DNA of 64,000 bases from Candidatus Thalassarchaeaceae archaeon (GCA_943841885.1 CALSZZ010000004.1:133894-197893), one strand, 5' to 3'; shown: positions 9,826 to 19,671, numbered from the stretch's first letter. Made by a program: numbers and translations. Notes: generated by a model not told the origin, from the sequence alone.

Positions 9826-10254
9826 TTATCTTAACATTTCTAACCAAAATTTACTTGTAAAAATTTTAGTAAATATTCGCTCTTCATTAGAAAAGGGGAC
9901 GTCGAAAGAATTAATACCATCCGGAAGAACTTGATTTAATTCTTTATTATCAAACCATATAGATTTACAACGTTCACACCTGTCGATTTGGATCTTGTCC
10001 TCAGAATATGAATTTAATGGAATAGATACAAAATATGTTTTCATCTTACCTGGGCAAACAGGACATGAAAATTTGGCATCTGTTGGTTCTTCTACAGGTA
10101 ATTGTAATCGTTTAATTATCCCAGGTTTTAGGTTTTTTTCTATCCAAGTATTACTTGCCATAGTTCCATGACATGAGCTACATAAAAATAATATTTCATT
10201 ATTATTATCTTCATTCATGTCTGTGTTGCAACAGGGGCATGAGGGAGGCGCCAC
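9826..10254 (-). CDS. Tandem zinc-ribbon protein (TFIIB-type zinc-ribbon-like)
   Basis: Several CxxC pairs are present (CPCC, CSSC, CPVCPGKM...IDRCERCKSIWFDNKEL). The last one matches the transcription-factor zinc-ribbon pattern CP.C...IDRC..C.G.WfD..EL. Confidence 0.5.
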   Translation of the reverse strand: MAPPSCPCCNTDMNEDNNNEILFLCSSCHGTMASNTWIEKNLKPGIIKRLQLPVEEPTDAKFSCPVCPGKMKTYFVSIPLNSYSEDKIQIDRCERCKSIWFDNKELNQVLPDGINSFDVPFSNEERIFTKIFTSKFWLEMLR

Positions 10255-10313
10255 GTATTCAGAGTGGTATGTTGGCCTTGAACTCTGCTGTAAAAATTTA
10301 ATCTATCCAATGT

Positions 10314-11120
10314 TTATGAATTCATTTCAATGATAAATTCCGTCAAAACTCTTTGTAACTCATCTGCATCATTATATTCTTCAGTAAGATTGCCGGTTAT
10401 AATCCAATCAGCTCCAGCGTCTGCAGCTTTTTTAGCTGCTTGACCATCTATTATTCCGCCCCCTACAATAATTGTTAAGTCGCATGCATCCCTTGCGGCT
10501 TTAATTAATTCTGAATCAACAGGTTCTTTTGCTCCACTTCCAGCTTCAAGATATAATAGTTTAAAACCATAATATTCTGCAGTTAGTGCATACGCTTCAA
10601 CTCTTTTTTTATCCCCTTTTAATATAAGGTCAGCCTTACCTACTTCTCCAACTTTACCGCCTGGAGCGCAGACCAAATAACCCATGGGTAATGGTTCAAT
10701 ATTACTTTTTTTAATTAGAGGAGCTCCAATAACTTGTTCTTCTATTAAGTATCTAGGACTAGTGCTATTCATGAGCATCATAAAAGTAACTGCATCGGCA
10801 GTAGAAGATAGTGCCGTTGCGCCTTGTGGAAATAATATAATAGGAATGGGGTTATTATTTATTCTCATAGAGTCTTGTGATTTTGCCCAAGTAACTAATT
10901 CCAACATTTCTTTAATGGCAATTACAGTATCATCAACATTTTTAGTATCTGTGTTAGAAGATCCCCCTATCAATATCATGCTACTTCCTGCATTAACCGC
11001 AGCAAGACACCGTTTTGCAGCAACATCTGGGGTTTGATCTGCTGGGTCAATAAGTATTGCATGCTTTGTTTGCTCTTCTTTTTTAATTATCTGAGATAAT
11101 ATTTTCAGCTTTTCAGACAT
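10314..11120 (-). CDS. Geranylgeranylglyceryl phosphate synthase (GGGPS, PcrB family; larger group II type)
   Basis: The HAILIDPADQ...ILIGGSS and IVGGGIIDGQAAKKAADAGADWIITGN motifs are typical of the GGGPS TIM barrel. Confidence 0.75.
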   Translation of the reverse strand: MSEKLKILSQIIKKEEQTKHAILIDPADQTPDVAAKRCLAAVNAGSSMILIGGSSNTDTKNVDDTVIAIKEMLELVTWAKSQDSMRINNNPIPIILFPQGATALSSTADAVTFMMLMNSTSPRYLIEEQVIGAPLIKKSNIEPLPMGYLVCAPGGKVGEVGKADLILKGDKKRVEAYALTAEYYGFKLLYLEAGSGAKEPVDSELIKAARDACDLTIIVGGGIIDGQAAKKAADAGADWIITGNLTEEYNDADELQRVLTEFIIEMNS

Positions 11121-11141
11121 AATTAATTTCCTTCCCCACTT

Positions 11142-11771
11142 TCAAATTGCATAGGAATTGAGAAATTCGTCTCCTCTCAACACACCCATGTTTATCTCAG
11201 AATCTATCGAATTTTTAGGATTTGTTCCTTGCCACTGCATTTGTTGTATCCAATTGATGTTTGTTGGTAATTTATTTTCCGACCAAATTTCTATTATTGA
11301 ATCTGAGCGCTTTCCAACTATTATATTATCAATTTTTGGGATTCCTAATGTTGTTCCGCCATACCATATTTTTCCAGTTTTTGTTGCTTCCTGCTTTAAA
11401 ATATGATCAAAAAGCAGATGTCCTGAACCCTTAAATCCTGCTCCAACATATTCAATTGTTCTAGAATTAATTTTTGTAATTCTAGTCCTTAAATGGAAAA
11501 AGCAATTCCTATCTGCTAAAGAAATTGATACTGCCTTTTTTAACCAAGATTTTCGTACCGCCGTTGATTCTGTATTTGGTTCCTGAGAAAAAATAGAAGA
11601 TATCCAATTTGACTTGAGAAGAGGCCAACTATCTATCAAACCTGGTTCTTCACCGTACATTCCTGATTCGGCAGATTCTGTAAAAAAATGAATTTCACAT
11701 TCTAAATCGTCTAAAATTCTGTGCGCCATACACAAAGAGACTAGATCTGTATTCAAAAATGCAATTCTCAT
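11142..11771 (-). CDS. Hypothetical soluble protein between the ferredoxin and GGGPS genes
   Basis: The ORF is co-directional and tightly packed with neighbours. The likely start is MRIAFLNTD at about 11771, directly after the ferredoxin stop. No family was recognised. Confidence 0.4.
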   Translation of the reverse strand: MRIAFLNTDLVSLCMAHRILDDLECEIHFFTESAESGMYGEEPGLIDSWPLLKSNWISSIFSQEPNTESTAVRKSWLKKAVSISLADRNCFFHLRTRITKINSRTIEYVGAGFKGSGHLLFDHILKQEATKTGKIWYGGTTLGIPKIDNIIVGKRSDSIIEIWSENKLPTNINWIQQMQWQGTNPKNSIDSEINMGVLRGDEFLNSYAI

Positions 11772-11772
11772 A

Positions 11773-11979
11773 TTAATTATCCTCAGTTGGTTCGATTGAT
11801 AGAGCATGTACTGGGCAGGCAGGTATACATAGATTGCAGTGCGTACAGACTGGTTCTTCTACAAATACTAAAATATCAACTAGAGTTAAAGCACTAACAG
11901 GACAAAGTGCGACGCAAGCTGCGCAGCCAAAACAGCGGTCTTCATCTACCACAAAGGAATGCGCGGCGAGTCTAGGCAC
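11773..11979 (-). CDS. 2x[4Fe-4S] ferredoxin
   Basis: Two CxxCxxCxxxCP clusters are present (CFGCAACVALCP and CTHCNLCIPACP). Confidence 0.8.
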   Translation of the reverse strand: MPRLAAHSFVVDEDRCFGCAACVALCPVSALTLVDILVFVEEPVCTHCNLCIPACPVHALSIEPTEDN

Positions 11980-12247
11980 GTTCCTCCGAGAAGGTCTTGT
12001 CTCTCAAACTTCCCCATCCCCTTGATTTCCACTAGAAATGATGTATGGCGATGTAATAATGTAAATATAACAAATAAAATTGATTAATGCTAATATTCAT
12101 TTGTTCTATGTCACAGGTGACTTATAGATATTCTCAAGAAAATATAGTAACGTTTTGAATAAATCAAAAACTATTTTCATTCCATTGGAAATAAACGGGT
12201 CCCTCTAGCCGCTTTATTCAAGGACGGTCTGCTTCGTCATCCGTAGT

Positions 12248-15200
12248 ATGGGAGAGGGAGACGGAAGTCGTAGTTCTGAAAATTTTATTGAAATAACTAC
12301 AAAAGAATCTTCACAACTTCCCGATTCTAGAGGGAATTCAATAAAGAGTATGTTATTCATGGATCATCAAATTAAAGTAGATAAAGTAAGAGTATCTATA
12401 AAATATGATATCAAAGGCGATTTCAATAAATCTGATGTTCAGAGGTCAGTGTATGATTTATTTGCAGATCCTATAATTGAATATGGATTAGCAAATGACT
12501 TATTACTAAACTCAGATAAAATTTTTCCTGTAAAGCCCCAATTAGTAGTTCAAGTAGGTTTTAAGCCTGGTGTTACGGATAATTCTGGCCAGGCAGCATC
12601 AGATGGGTTAATTACTTTGTTTCCTTCAATTAAAGATGTGAAGATTTCATGCTCAAAAATATATATGTTTTGGGGCATTCCATCAGATATTAATGAAAAT
12701 GATATAGTCAAAAAAATTTACAATCCTATGATTGAGAGGGTTGATATATCTGACAAAAAAGCATGTCTTAATTCTGATTGGCCTAAATTAGATTATCCTG
12801 AGTTAACAACATTAACAGAACAACCTTTACAGACCATAGATCTTGAAGTAAGTGATAATGATTTGATAAAAATTAGTGAAAAAGGACTTTTGGCATTAAA
12901 TTTAGATGAAATGAAGGCTATTCAAGCAAATTATAGGGACCCAAACATTCGTTTAGAAAGAAAGAAACTAGGACTACCAGACAAAGCTCCAACTGATGCT
13001 GAATTAGAATGTTTAGCTCAAACATGGTCCGAACATTGCTGTCATAAAATATTTGCATCCAGAATCCATCATGTGGATACAGAAACAGGAGAAGATACCT
13101 ACATCGATTCTTTGTTTAAGACACATATAATGAAACCGACATTGGATATTCAATCTAATGTAGATTGGCTATTGAGTATATTTCATGATAACTCCGGAGT
13201 TATTGCTTGGAATGATGATTGGAGCCTTTGCATTAAAGCAGAGACGCATAATTCTCCTAGTGCACTAGATCCTTTTGGTGGCGCCATGACAGGTATAGTA
13301 GGAGTTAACCGGGATATCTTGGGAACCGGATTGGGTGCAAGACCAATAGCAAACACAGATGTATTTTGTTTCGGTCCACCTGATTATTCAGGAAATATCC
13401 CTGAAGGATTATTTCACCCCTCTAGAGTGTTTAGAGGAGTTCATGCAGGAGTCAGAGCAGGAGGTAATGAATCAGGTATTCCTACAGTAAATGGCGCAAT
13501 AGTTTTTGACGACAGATATCTCGGGAAACCCCTAGTCTATTGTGGCACGGTAGGTATAATGCCAAGAGTATTAAAAGATGGTAGAGAAAGCCATGTTAAA
13601 ACACCAAAACCTGGTAATATCATTTACATGGTTGGTGGAAAAGTTGGTAGTGATGGAATACACGGTGCGACCTTTTCCAGTCTTGAACTAACAGAAGCAA
13701 GCCCATCTTCAGCGGTACAAATAGGAGACCCAATCACACAAAAGAAAATGATCGATATGGTACTTGAAGCCAGAGATTTAGGACTAATCCAGGTCATTAC
13801 CGATAATGGTGCAGGAGGACTATCCAGCAGTGTAGGGGAACTGGCCGAGTTAACAGGTGGAGCAGAACTAGATCTTGCCGCAGTACCTTTGAAGCAACCA
13901 GGATTAAGTAAGTGGGAAATTCTAGTCTCAGAATCTCAGGAAAGAATGACTGTAGGCGTTAATCCCGAAGATTGTCAGGATTTTGAGAAACTAGCAAACT
14001 TACACGAGGTGGAAGCAACAGCAGTCGGGACCTTTACTGATTCAGGTGCTTTTGTAGTCCGGTATGGTGATGAAATCGTGGCCCATCTGCCTATTTCGTT
14101 CCTTCATGATGGCTGCCCGCAATTACAACTGGAGTCAGAGTGGAAGCCACCTGAGCACAACCCTATCATATTCCCTCCACCCAATCATAAACTGATGGGA
14201 GAAATCCTTCTGCGTCTCATGGCCAGACCAAATGTAGCAAGTAAAGAATGGTGGGTCCGTTCTTATGATCACGAAGTCATAGCACAAACTGTAATTAAGC
14301 CATTTTGCGGAACAAATCAGGATGCCCCAAGTGATGCAGCAGTAATCGCTCCAATACAAGGAAAAACACAAGGAACCGTAATTTCTAATGGAATAGTTCC
14401 AAGGTATTCTGATATAGATGCTTATGCTATGGCTGCAGCAAGTATAGACGAAGCACTACGAAATGCAGTATGCGTTGGTGTAGATTTAGATTTAATTGCT
14501 GGGCTTGATAACTTTTGTTGGCCAGATCCTGTAGAATCTTCAAAAACACCAGACGGTCGTTATAAATTAGCACAATTAGTAAGAGCCAATAGGGCATTAG
14601 ATGAAGTATGTAGAGCATATAATTTGCCTTGTATAAGTGGCAAAGATTCTATGAAAAACGATGCTACATTAGGGGGGGAGAAAATCAGCGTCCCTCCGAC
14701 ACTTTTATTCAGTTTAATAGGCAATCATTCAGATGTCAGAAAAGCGGTATCTAGTGACTTCAAAGATGCTGGTGACTTGATATATCTCGTTGGCGAAACA
14801 TATCAAGAATTAGGCGCTAGTGAATTAGCTTTCATGTTTCGTGACGAAACCAATGGAAAAAGTGGAATTGGAGGACAAGTTCCGAAAATTAATACCACAA
14901 GAAATTTGTCTCTTTACCGTAGTTTAACTGATGCCATGTCAAAAGAATTAGTTTCAAGCGCCCACGATTGTAGTGATGCAGGACTTGCAGCCGCAGTAGC
15001 AGAATGTTGTTTTGGTTGCGATTCAGGAGTTGATTTAGATATTTCAGATATGTTTAATGCCGATATTAATTTAGATAATTGGGGCGCTCTATTTGGTGAA
15101 AGCCTTGGTAGGATTTTAGTTAGTGTAAAGCCCGATAGTTCTGAAACTTTTGAAAAATCCATGCAAGGCAATGAATGCAATTACTTAGGAAAAGTGATAG

Positions 15201-15307
15201 CTGGTGATAAGATATCAATTACAAACTCAAACGTTCAGATATTGACGGCTTCAATGTCCGAATTGAAAAATTCTTGGAAAAGTACTTTGAATGGGGGCAG
15301 AAATTGA
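12248..15307 (+). CDS. purL: Phosphoribosylformylglycinamidine synthase subunit PurL with an N-terminal PurS-like domain (PurS-PurL fusion)
   Basis: The PurL/AIRS-type core is present (HNSPSALDPFGGAMTGIVGVNRD, second AIRS-C half). The N-terminal ~120 aa, VKPGVTDNSGQAASDGL..., resembles PurS (VLDPQGSAIQKGL). The total of 1019 aa is about 250 aa longer than a standalone small PurL. Confidence 0.85.
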   Translation: MGEGDGSRSSENFIEITTKESSQLPDSRGNSIKSMLFMDHQIKVDKVRVSIKYDIKGDFNKSDVQRSVYDLFADPIIEYGLANDLLLNSDKIFPVKPQLVVQVGFKPGVTDNSGQAASDGLITLFPSIKDVKISCSKIYMFWGIPSDINENDIVKKIYNPMIERVDISDKKACLNSDWPKLDYPELTTLTEQPLQTIDLEVSDNDLIKISEKGLLALNLDEMKAIQANYRDPNIRLERKKLGLPDKAPTDAELECLAQTWSEHCCHKIFASRIHHVDTETGEDTYIDSLFKTHIMKPTLDIQSNVDWLLSIFHDNSGVIAWNDDWSLCIKAETHNSPSALDPFGGAMTGIVGVNRDILGTGLGARPIANTDVFCFGPPDYSGNIPEGLFHPSRVFRGVHAGVRAGGNESGIPTVNGAIVFDDRYLGKPLVYCGTVGIMPRVLKDGRESHVKTPKPGNIIYMVGGKVGSDGIHGATFSSLELTEASPSSAVQIGDPITQKKMIDMVLEARDLGLIQVITDNGAGGLSSSVGELAELTGGAELDLAAVPLKQPGLSKWEILVSESQERMTVGVNPEDCQDFEKLANLHEVEATAVGTFTDSGAFVVRYGDEIVAHLPISFLHDGCPQLQLESEWKPPEHNPIIFPPPNHKLMGEILLRLMARPNVASKEWWVRSYDHEVIAQTVIKPFCGTNQDAPSDAAVIAPIQGKTQGTVISNGIVPRYSDIDAYAMAAASIDEALRNAVCVGVDLDLIAGLDNFCWPDPVESSKTPDGRYKLAQLVRANRALDEVCRAYNLPCISGKDSMKNDATLGGEKISVPPTLLFSLIGNHSDVRKAVSSDFKDAGDLIYLVGETYQELGASELAFMFRDETNGKSGIGGQVPKINTTRNLSLYRSLTDAMSKELVSSAHDCSDAGLAAAVAECCFGCDSGVDLDISDMFNADINLDNWGALFGESLGRILVSVKPDSSETFEKSMQGNECNYLGKVIAGDKISITNSNVQILTASMSELKNSWKSTLNGGRN

Positions 15308-16119
15308 TGATACCCAAAGTAGCAGTTCTTTCAGGTTTTGGTATAAATTGTGAATCTGAAACAATGGCTGTTTTTGAAATGGCTGGGGCCGAAGCCAGTA
15401 AAATTCACGTAAATAGACTAGTTAACGGAGAATTAAACTTGGACGATTATCACATCATGGCGATACCAGGAGGCTTCTCATTTGGCGACCATTTAGGAAG
15501 TGGTAGATTAATGGGTAATAGGTTGAGATTTGGATTACGTGAACAAGTGAGAAATTTTGTGAAGTCAGGTAAACCAGTAATTGGGATATGTAATGGTTTC
15601 CAAGTACTAGTGAAGATGGGGCTATTGCCGGGTGATGAAGATGTTAGTTTAACTCAAACAGCATCTCTGGCATTGAATGACTCAGGCCATTATGAAAATC
15701 GTTGGGTAACACTAGAGTTTGACTCTCAAAGTAATTGCATTTGGACTAGAGGAATGACAAGAATCAGAGTACCCGTACGTCATGGAGAAGGTAAGTTTGT
15801 TACTGCTGATAAACAACTCCTCGATGATTGGAGTAAATTAGGACAATTAGTTGTAAAGTATGTAGATCCTAAAACCGAGTATCCAAGTGCGAGAGATGAA
15901 GTATTGCCATATCCAGTTTCTCCAAATCAAAGTTGGAGAAATATTGCTGGAGTTTGTGATCCATCTGGATTAGTATTCGGTTTAATGCCTCATCCCGAAG
16001 CAAATCATTCAACATGGTTGGGAGCAACTTGGACTAGAGAAGATATAGAGCACGGTGAAGGAGAGGGTATGAAGATTTTTAGAAATGCTGTAAATTATGT
16101 AAAAAACCTCGACAATTAA
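15307..16119 (+). CDS. purQ: Phosphoribosylformylglycinamidine synthase glutaminase subunit PurQ
   Basis: Class I glutamine amidotransferase with GGFSFGD, the catalytic Cys in GICNGFQ, and HPE. The likely start is the ATG overlapping the purL stop (ATGA) at 15307; the track ORF begins at 15274. Confidence 0.85.
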   Translation: MIPKVAVLSGFGINCESETMAVFEMAGAEASKIHVNRLVNGELNLDDYHIMAIPGGFSFGDHLGSGRLMGNRLRFGLREQVRNFVKSGKPVIGICNGFQVLVKMGLLPGDEDVSLTQTASLALNDSGHYENRWVTLEFDSQSNCIWTRGMTRIRVPVRHGEGKFVTADKQLLDDWSKLGQLVVKYVDPKTEYPSARDEVLPYPVSPNQSWRNIAGVCDPSGLVFGLMPHPEANHSTWLGATWTREDIEHGEGEGMKIFRNAVNYVKNLDN

Positions 16120-16153
16120 AATGAAAATCTTCTTGCAATAGATATCTTTCGGC

Positions 16154-16774
16154 ATGGTAATGACAACCCGTGATGCTACAGATGTATTTTCAGAATGGGC
16201 TTTAAGAAATAGGGATGAGGGGATGGAAAGTGGCCATGCAAATTCAGTCAATGAAATGTTAAACATAGTAATTTCAATGCTTCCAACTCCATTTTCAGCG
16301 ATAGATGTAGGTTGCGGTAATGGTTGGGTATGTCGTAAGTTACAATCAAACGATAATTGTAGTAAAGTAGTTGGTATTGACGGGTCTATTGAAATGATTG
16401 TTAAGGCTAAAGATAAGGGTAGAGGGGAATTCTATCTAGCAAAACTTCCCGGATGGGCACCTTCACAAAGGTTTGATTTAATTCATTCAATGGAATTTCT
16501 TTATTATTTGAATGATCCAATAGAAATGTTACAAGAGTTCTTCAACGAATGGCTAAACAACAAAGGAATTCTAGTTGCAGGAGTAGATCATTATTTAGAA
16601 AATACTGCGAGCCATGACTGGCCAGAATCTCTCAATGTACACATGACGACGCTCAGTGAAGAACAATGGAAGAAAGGTATGATTGATGCTGGATTCATTG
16701 ACGTTGAAACACAACGAGTGGGTATCAAGTCAGGATTTGTGGGTACATTAGCAATCTTCGGCCGGAAGCCTTGA
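16154..16774 (+). CDS. Class I SAM-dependent methyltransferase
   Basis: Motif I (IDVGCGNGW) and the post-I acidic residue (GIDGS) are present, in a Methyltransf_11/25-like layout. Confidence 0.7.
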   Translation: MVMTTRDATDVFSEWALRNRDEGMESGHANSVNEMLNIVISMLPTPFSAIDVGCGNGWVCRKLQSNDNCSKVVGIDGSIEMIVKAKDKGRGEFYLAKLPGWAPSQRFDLIHSMEFLYYLNDPIEMLQEFFNEWLNNKGILVAGVDHYLENTASHDWPESLNVHMTTLSEEQWKKGMIDAGFIDVETQRVGIKSGFVGTLAIFGRKP

Positions 16775-16784
16775 AATTGCTTTC

Positions 16785-17174
16785 CTATTCTTCTGAATTC
16801 CAAGCCAGCATGCCAGTTAGGGCAGTCATACCCCAGAAAAATAGTGGTGGAACTAATGCAGCAGACAACTCCCATGGAACAGGATCGGTTGCATATGTAA
16901 CATCTAACTCCAATCCAGCACATATGAGAAACCAAACAACGATTGGTCCAGCAATTACAGCTGCTAATCTAGCTTGAGCCTGACCTTCGGTCATAAATGC
17001 AGCATAAAGCATGTAGACAGAAATAATTAACATTATTCCAGTTACCATCATCTCATTATCATTATCCGCATCTAGTGGCCCTAATACTCCAATAAATGTA
17101 TGAACAAATGCAGTAATTAGTAGCCACCATTTTGGATTTAGAATTTCCTCTTTAAACTCCATATCACTCACCAT
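16785..17174 (-). CDS. Small hypothetical membrane protein, paralog B of a tandem pair
   Basis: Carries 3-4 TM helices. Its N-terminus MEFKEEILNPK parallels MEIKEILDPK of the upstream paralog. The two ORFs overlap by 11 nt. Confidence 0.45.
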   Translation of the reverse strand: MVSDMEFKEEILNPKWWLLITAFVHTFIGVLGPLDADNDNEMMVTGIMLIISVYMLYAAFMTEGQAQARLAAVIAGPIVVWFLICAGLELDVTYATDPVPWELSAALVPPLFFWGMTALTGMLAWNSEE

Positions 17175-17607
17175 CCTTATGCATATATCCCGCTACTCCT
17201 AGTGTTAATGTTAGAAGAAATGTAATCAAAGCAGGTGCTAACATATCAATAGGCGGAGCATCTCCTCCATAGCCTGAATCGCCGGTTATAGCCCCCATTC
17301 CTGCGAAAATGATTACAATTACCAGAGGAGATAACATCGACATTTTTGCTAATTCTTTTCCCGAGACAAATATTCCAGTACCTATTGCCATTACTCCCAA
17401 AGGCATTAGATGAAGTGCCCACATTTCTTCATAAGATGCATCATGAGCTAGAACATTTTCTTCTCCACCCCAACCTACTGCCGCCCATTCATCTCCATTT
17501 GTCATTCCTAAAATTGACATGATTATTACCATCACACCAGTAGCAATCATCAAATTTTTAGGGTCTAGTATTTCTTTTATTTCCATATTTCTCATCTCCA
17601 TATCCAA
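17164..17607 (-). CDS. Small hypothetical membrane protein, paralog A of a tandem pair
   Basis: Carries 3-4 TM helices and a glycine-rich region (GDSGYGGDAPP). It shares the N-terminal motif with 16785..17174. Confidence 0.45.
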   Translation of the reverse strand: MDMEMRNMEIKEILDPKNLMIATGVMVIIMSILGMTNGDEWAAVGWGGEENVLAHDASYEEMWALHLMPLGVMAIGTGIFVSGKELAKMSMLSPLVIVIIFAGMGAITGDSGYGGDAPPIDMLAPALITFLLTLTLGVAGYMHKDGE

Positions 17608-17714
17608 GCATTGTTAAACTCTTAACATCATATTTACACAATAAGCATATAGAATTTTCTACATAATTCCATCTATTCAAGAAACTTGAATGGTTTGAAC
17701 GATTTCCCAAGGGT

Positions 17715-18611
17715 ATGTCTGACCCAAACATCATGGTTACTGAAGAGGCAACAGTGATAGAGACCCTATCCTTATTACATCCGAATGCAAAAAAGAATTC
17801 CCTTAGAAGAATGGTTGATTATGGTCGAGTAATAGTGGATGGAGAAAAAGTTACAAAATCAAATATGAAAATTAGTAAAGGGGCCGTTCTGACAGTACTT
17901 TCTAGAACAGATGGTAACCAAAAGCCTGGCTCGAAAAGTAGTTCATTACCAGAACCTGTAATACTTTATTCTGATAACTCTTTAATCGTAGCTGACAAAC
18001 CAGAAAACCTTCTCTCTGTAGCAACCGACAGGGGCGAGTTAGATACTATGTATGATAGAGTATCATACTGGGCTTCGAAAAATAAGAAAATACGTATATA
18101 TCTTGTACATCGTTTAGATAGAGAAACCTCCGGTTGCATGTTATTTGCAACGTCTCCTGAATACCGAGATATATTACAAAATCAGTTTAAAAATCGTTCT
18201 ATTGAAAGAATATATTACGCTGTAGTACATGGAAAACCACCAACAGAAGAAGGTGTAGAAAAATCAAGAATACAAGAAACGAAAGATAAGCGTGTGCGAT
18301 TAGTGATTGGTGACAAAAGAGCAGGGAAAGAGGCAATAACAAATTGGCATACAGAAGAAATAGGCCCGATCAATAGTTTACTTAGAATTAAAATAGATAC
18401 CGGACGACGAGCTCAAATTAGATTACATATGGCAAAAATTAACTGTCCAGTGTTAGGAGATACACGATATGGAAGAGGTAAAACAAGCGTCAATCGCCTT
18501 TGTCTACATGCTACAGAATTAACATTCAACCACCCTAATGGGAGAAAAATACATGTAAAGAGTCAGATACCTAAAAAAATGATTTCTGAATTAAAACGAA
18601 AATCCTTATGA
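17715..18611 (+). CDS. RluA-family pseudouridine synthase with an N-terminal S4-like domain
   Basis: The HRLDRETSGCMLFA catalytic Asp motif and the conserved GRGK...LHA region are present. Confidence 0.8.
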   Translation: MSDPNIMVTEEATVIETLSLLHPNAKKNSLRRMVDYGRVIVDGEKVTKSNMKISKGAVLTVLSRTDGNQKPGSKSSSLPEPVILYSDNSLIVADKPENLLSVATDRGELDTMYDRVSYWASKNKKIRIYLVHRLDRETSGCMLFATSPEYRDILQNQFKNRSIERIYYAVVHGKPPTEEGVEKSRIQETKDKRVRLVIGDKRAGKEAITNWHTEEIGPINSLLRIKIDTGRRAQIRLHMAKINCPVLGDTRYGRGKTSVNRLCLHATELTFNHPNGRKIHVKSQIPKKMISELKRKSL

Positions 18612-18857
18612 ATCATCGTCTGAAATTAGAAATGCAGGTATTTTTTGCACTATTTTACTTCCTTCAGGCGCATCTATCAAATCTTCTATAATTATTGACC
18701 TATCCTGTAAAAGACTTTCATCTAAAGCAACCAATCTTAGAGACAATCTCCATCTTTTTATAATTTCATTGATAATAATAACAACCAAAAATGCAATCAC
18801 AAAAAAAGAACAAATCCAACCAACAGTATCTTGTTCAACCATTGTCCTCCCTCTCAA
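18606..18857 (-). CDS. Small hypothetical membrane protein downstream of pyrF
   Basis: Contains one TM helix and overlaps the pyrF stop. It may be spurious. Confidence 0.2.
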   Translation of the reverse strand: MRGRTMVEQDTVGWICSFFVIAFLVVIIINEIIKRWRLSLRLVALDESLLQDRSIIIEDLIDAPEGSKIVQKIPAFLISDDDS

Positions 18858-19671
18858 CTAGCGCTCTCCAACTTTCTTTTGCATACATTTTTGCGGAGGA
18901 CACAGGGTCATTTGAACCGTGTATTCCTGAACCAACAATAATTCCATCAGATCCAGACTTGATAGCATCATATGGGTGACCATATCTTTGTCCCAAAAGG
19001 CCTTCTGATGTTTCTAGATTGACTCCTGGTGTCCATATTAACTGACTTTCTCCGACATTTTGCCTAAGGAGTGATATCTCTTCTGGAGAACTTCCATTAC
19101 CAATATATCCAACAACATGGGGGGAACCTATACCTGTCTTGATAGTCTCAAGAGTATATTGTTCTGTAAGTAAATTTCCTCTACTCGACATTTGAGCAAG
19201 TAAAAATATACCTCCTATTCGTTGCACATCTCCCCATCCTGCAGCTATCCCATCTACAATATCCTTTCCTGAAATTCTGTGTGCAGTTACTAAATCTGCC
19301 CATGATCTAATATCGTAAATACCACCCATCTGTTTTTGTGAAATTTTTCCTATATCCGCGAATTTCCTATCCTCAAAAAGTAATAAATCATGTTTTTTTG
19401 CAGTTTCAACCACTCTCTCCCACTCTTTTCGTTCGAATTCATCAACTATATCCACATGAGTCTTTAGTGCTGATATATATGGGCCAACAGACTCAATCAG
19501 GTTGATTAGTGAATCAACTGTATTTAGGTCAGCAGCCAATATAACTAATGTTTGTTTTTTTGTTGATACCTCCATAAATCGATGCGACAAAGGATTTGCG
19601 CAATTCTTCCACCTCAGTCCCCAAATATCTCCGGCCTCCATTGTATTGACTAATCCATGATTATACATCAA
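18835..19671 (-). CDS. pyrF: Orotidine 5'-phosphate decarboxylase (URA3-like type)
   Basis: KKQTLVILAADLNTVDSLINLIESVGPYISALKTHVDIV matches the OMP decarboxylase signature (K.tnLc..lD....ell.l...lGp.i..lKTHvDi). Confidence 0.8.
   Translation of the reverse strand: MMYNHGLVNTMEAGDIWGLRWKNCANPLSHRFMEVSTKKQTLVILAADLNTVDSLINLIESVGPYISALKTHVDIVDEFERKEWERVVETAKKHDLLLFEDRKFADIGKISQKQMGGIYDIRSWADLVTAHRISGKDIVDGIAAGWGDVQRIGGIFLLAQMSSRGNLLTEQYTLETIKTGIGSPHVVGYIGNGSSPEEISLLRQNVGESQLIWTPGVNLETSEGLLGQRYGHPYDAIKSGSDGIIVGSGIHGSNDPVSSAKMYAKESWRALVEREDNG

Noticed and set aside
10684-11406. ORFs 10684..11037 and 11158..11406 on the plus strand
   Set aside because: They are antisense to GGGPS and its upstream gene.
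11834-12025. ORF 11834..12025 on the plus strand
   Set aside because: It is antisense to the ferredoxin gene, whose Cys motifs are unambiguous.
11980-12247. A possible purine riboswitch or other leader in the 270-bp region upstream of purSL
   Set aside because: No recognisable purine-aptamer junction or conserved stem architecture was seen. Purine riboswitches are not established in archaea. It is more likely a promoter/UTR region.
14135-15180. Minus-strand ORFs inside purL (14135..14371, 14427..14618 and 14914..15180)
   Set aside because: They are antisense to the strongly supported purL.
16009-16977. ORFs 16009..16266 (minus), 16591..16935 (minus) and 16771..16977 (plus)
   Set aside because: They overlap purQ, the methyltransferase and the membrane paralog respectively, on opposite strands or in the wrong frame.
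18791-18979. 62-aa plus-strand ORF
   Set aside because: It is antisense within pyrF.
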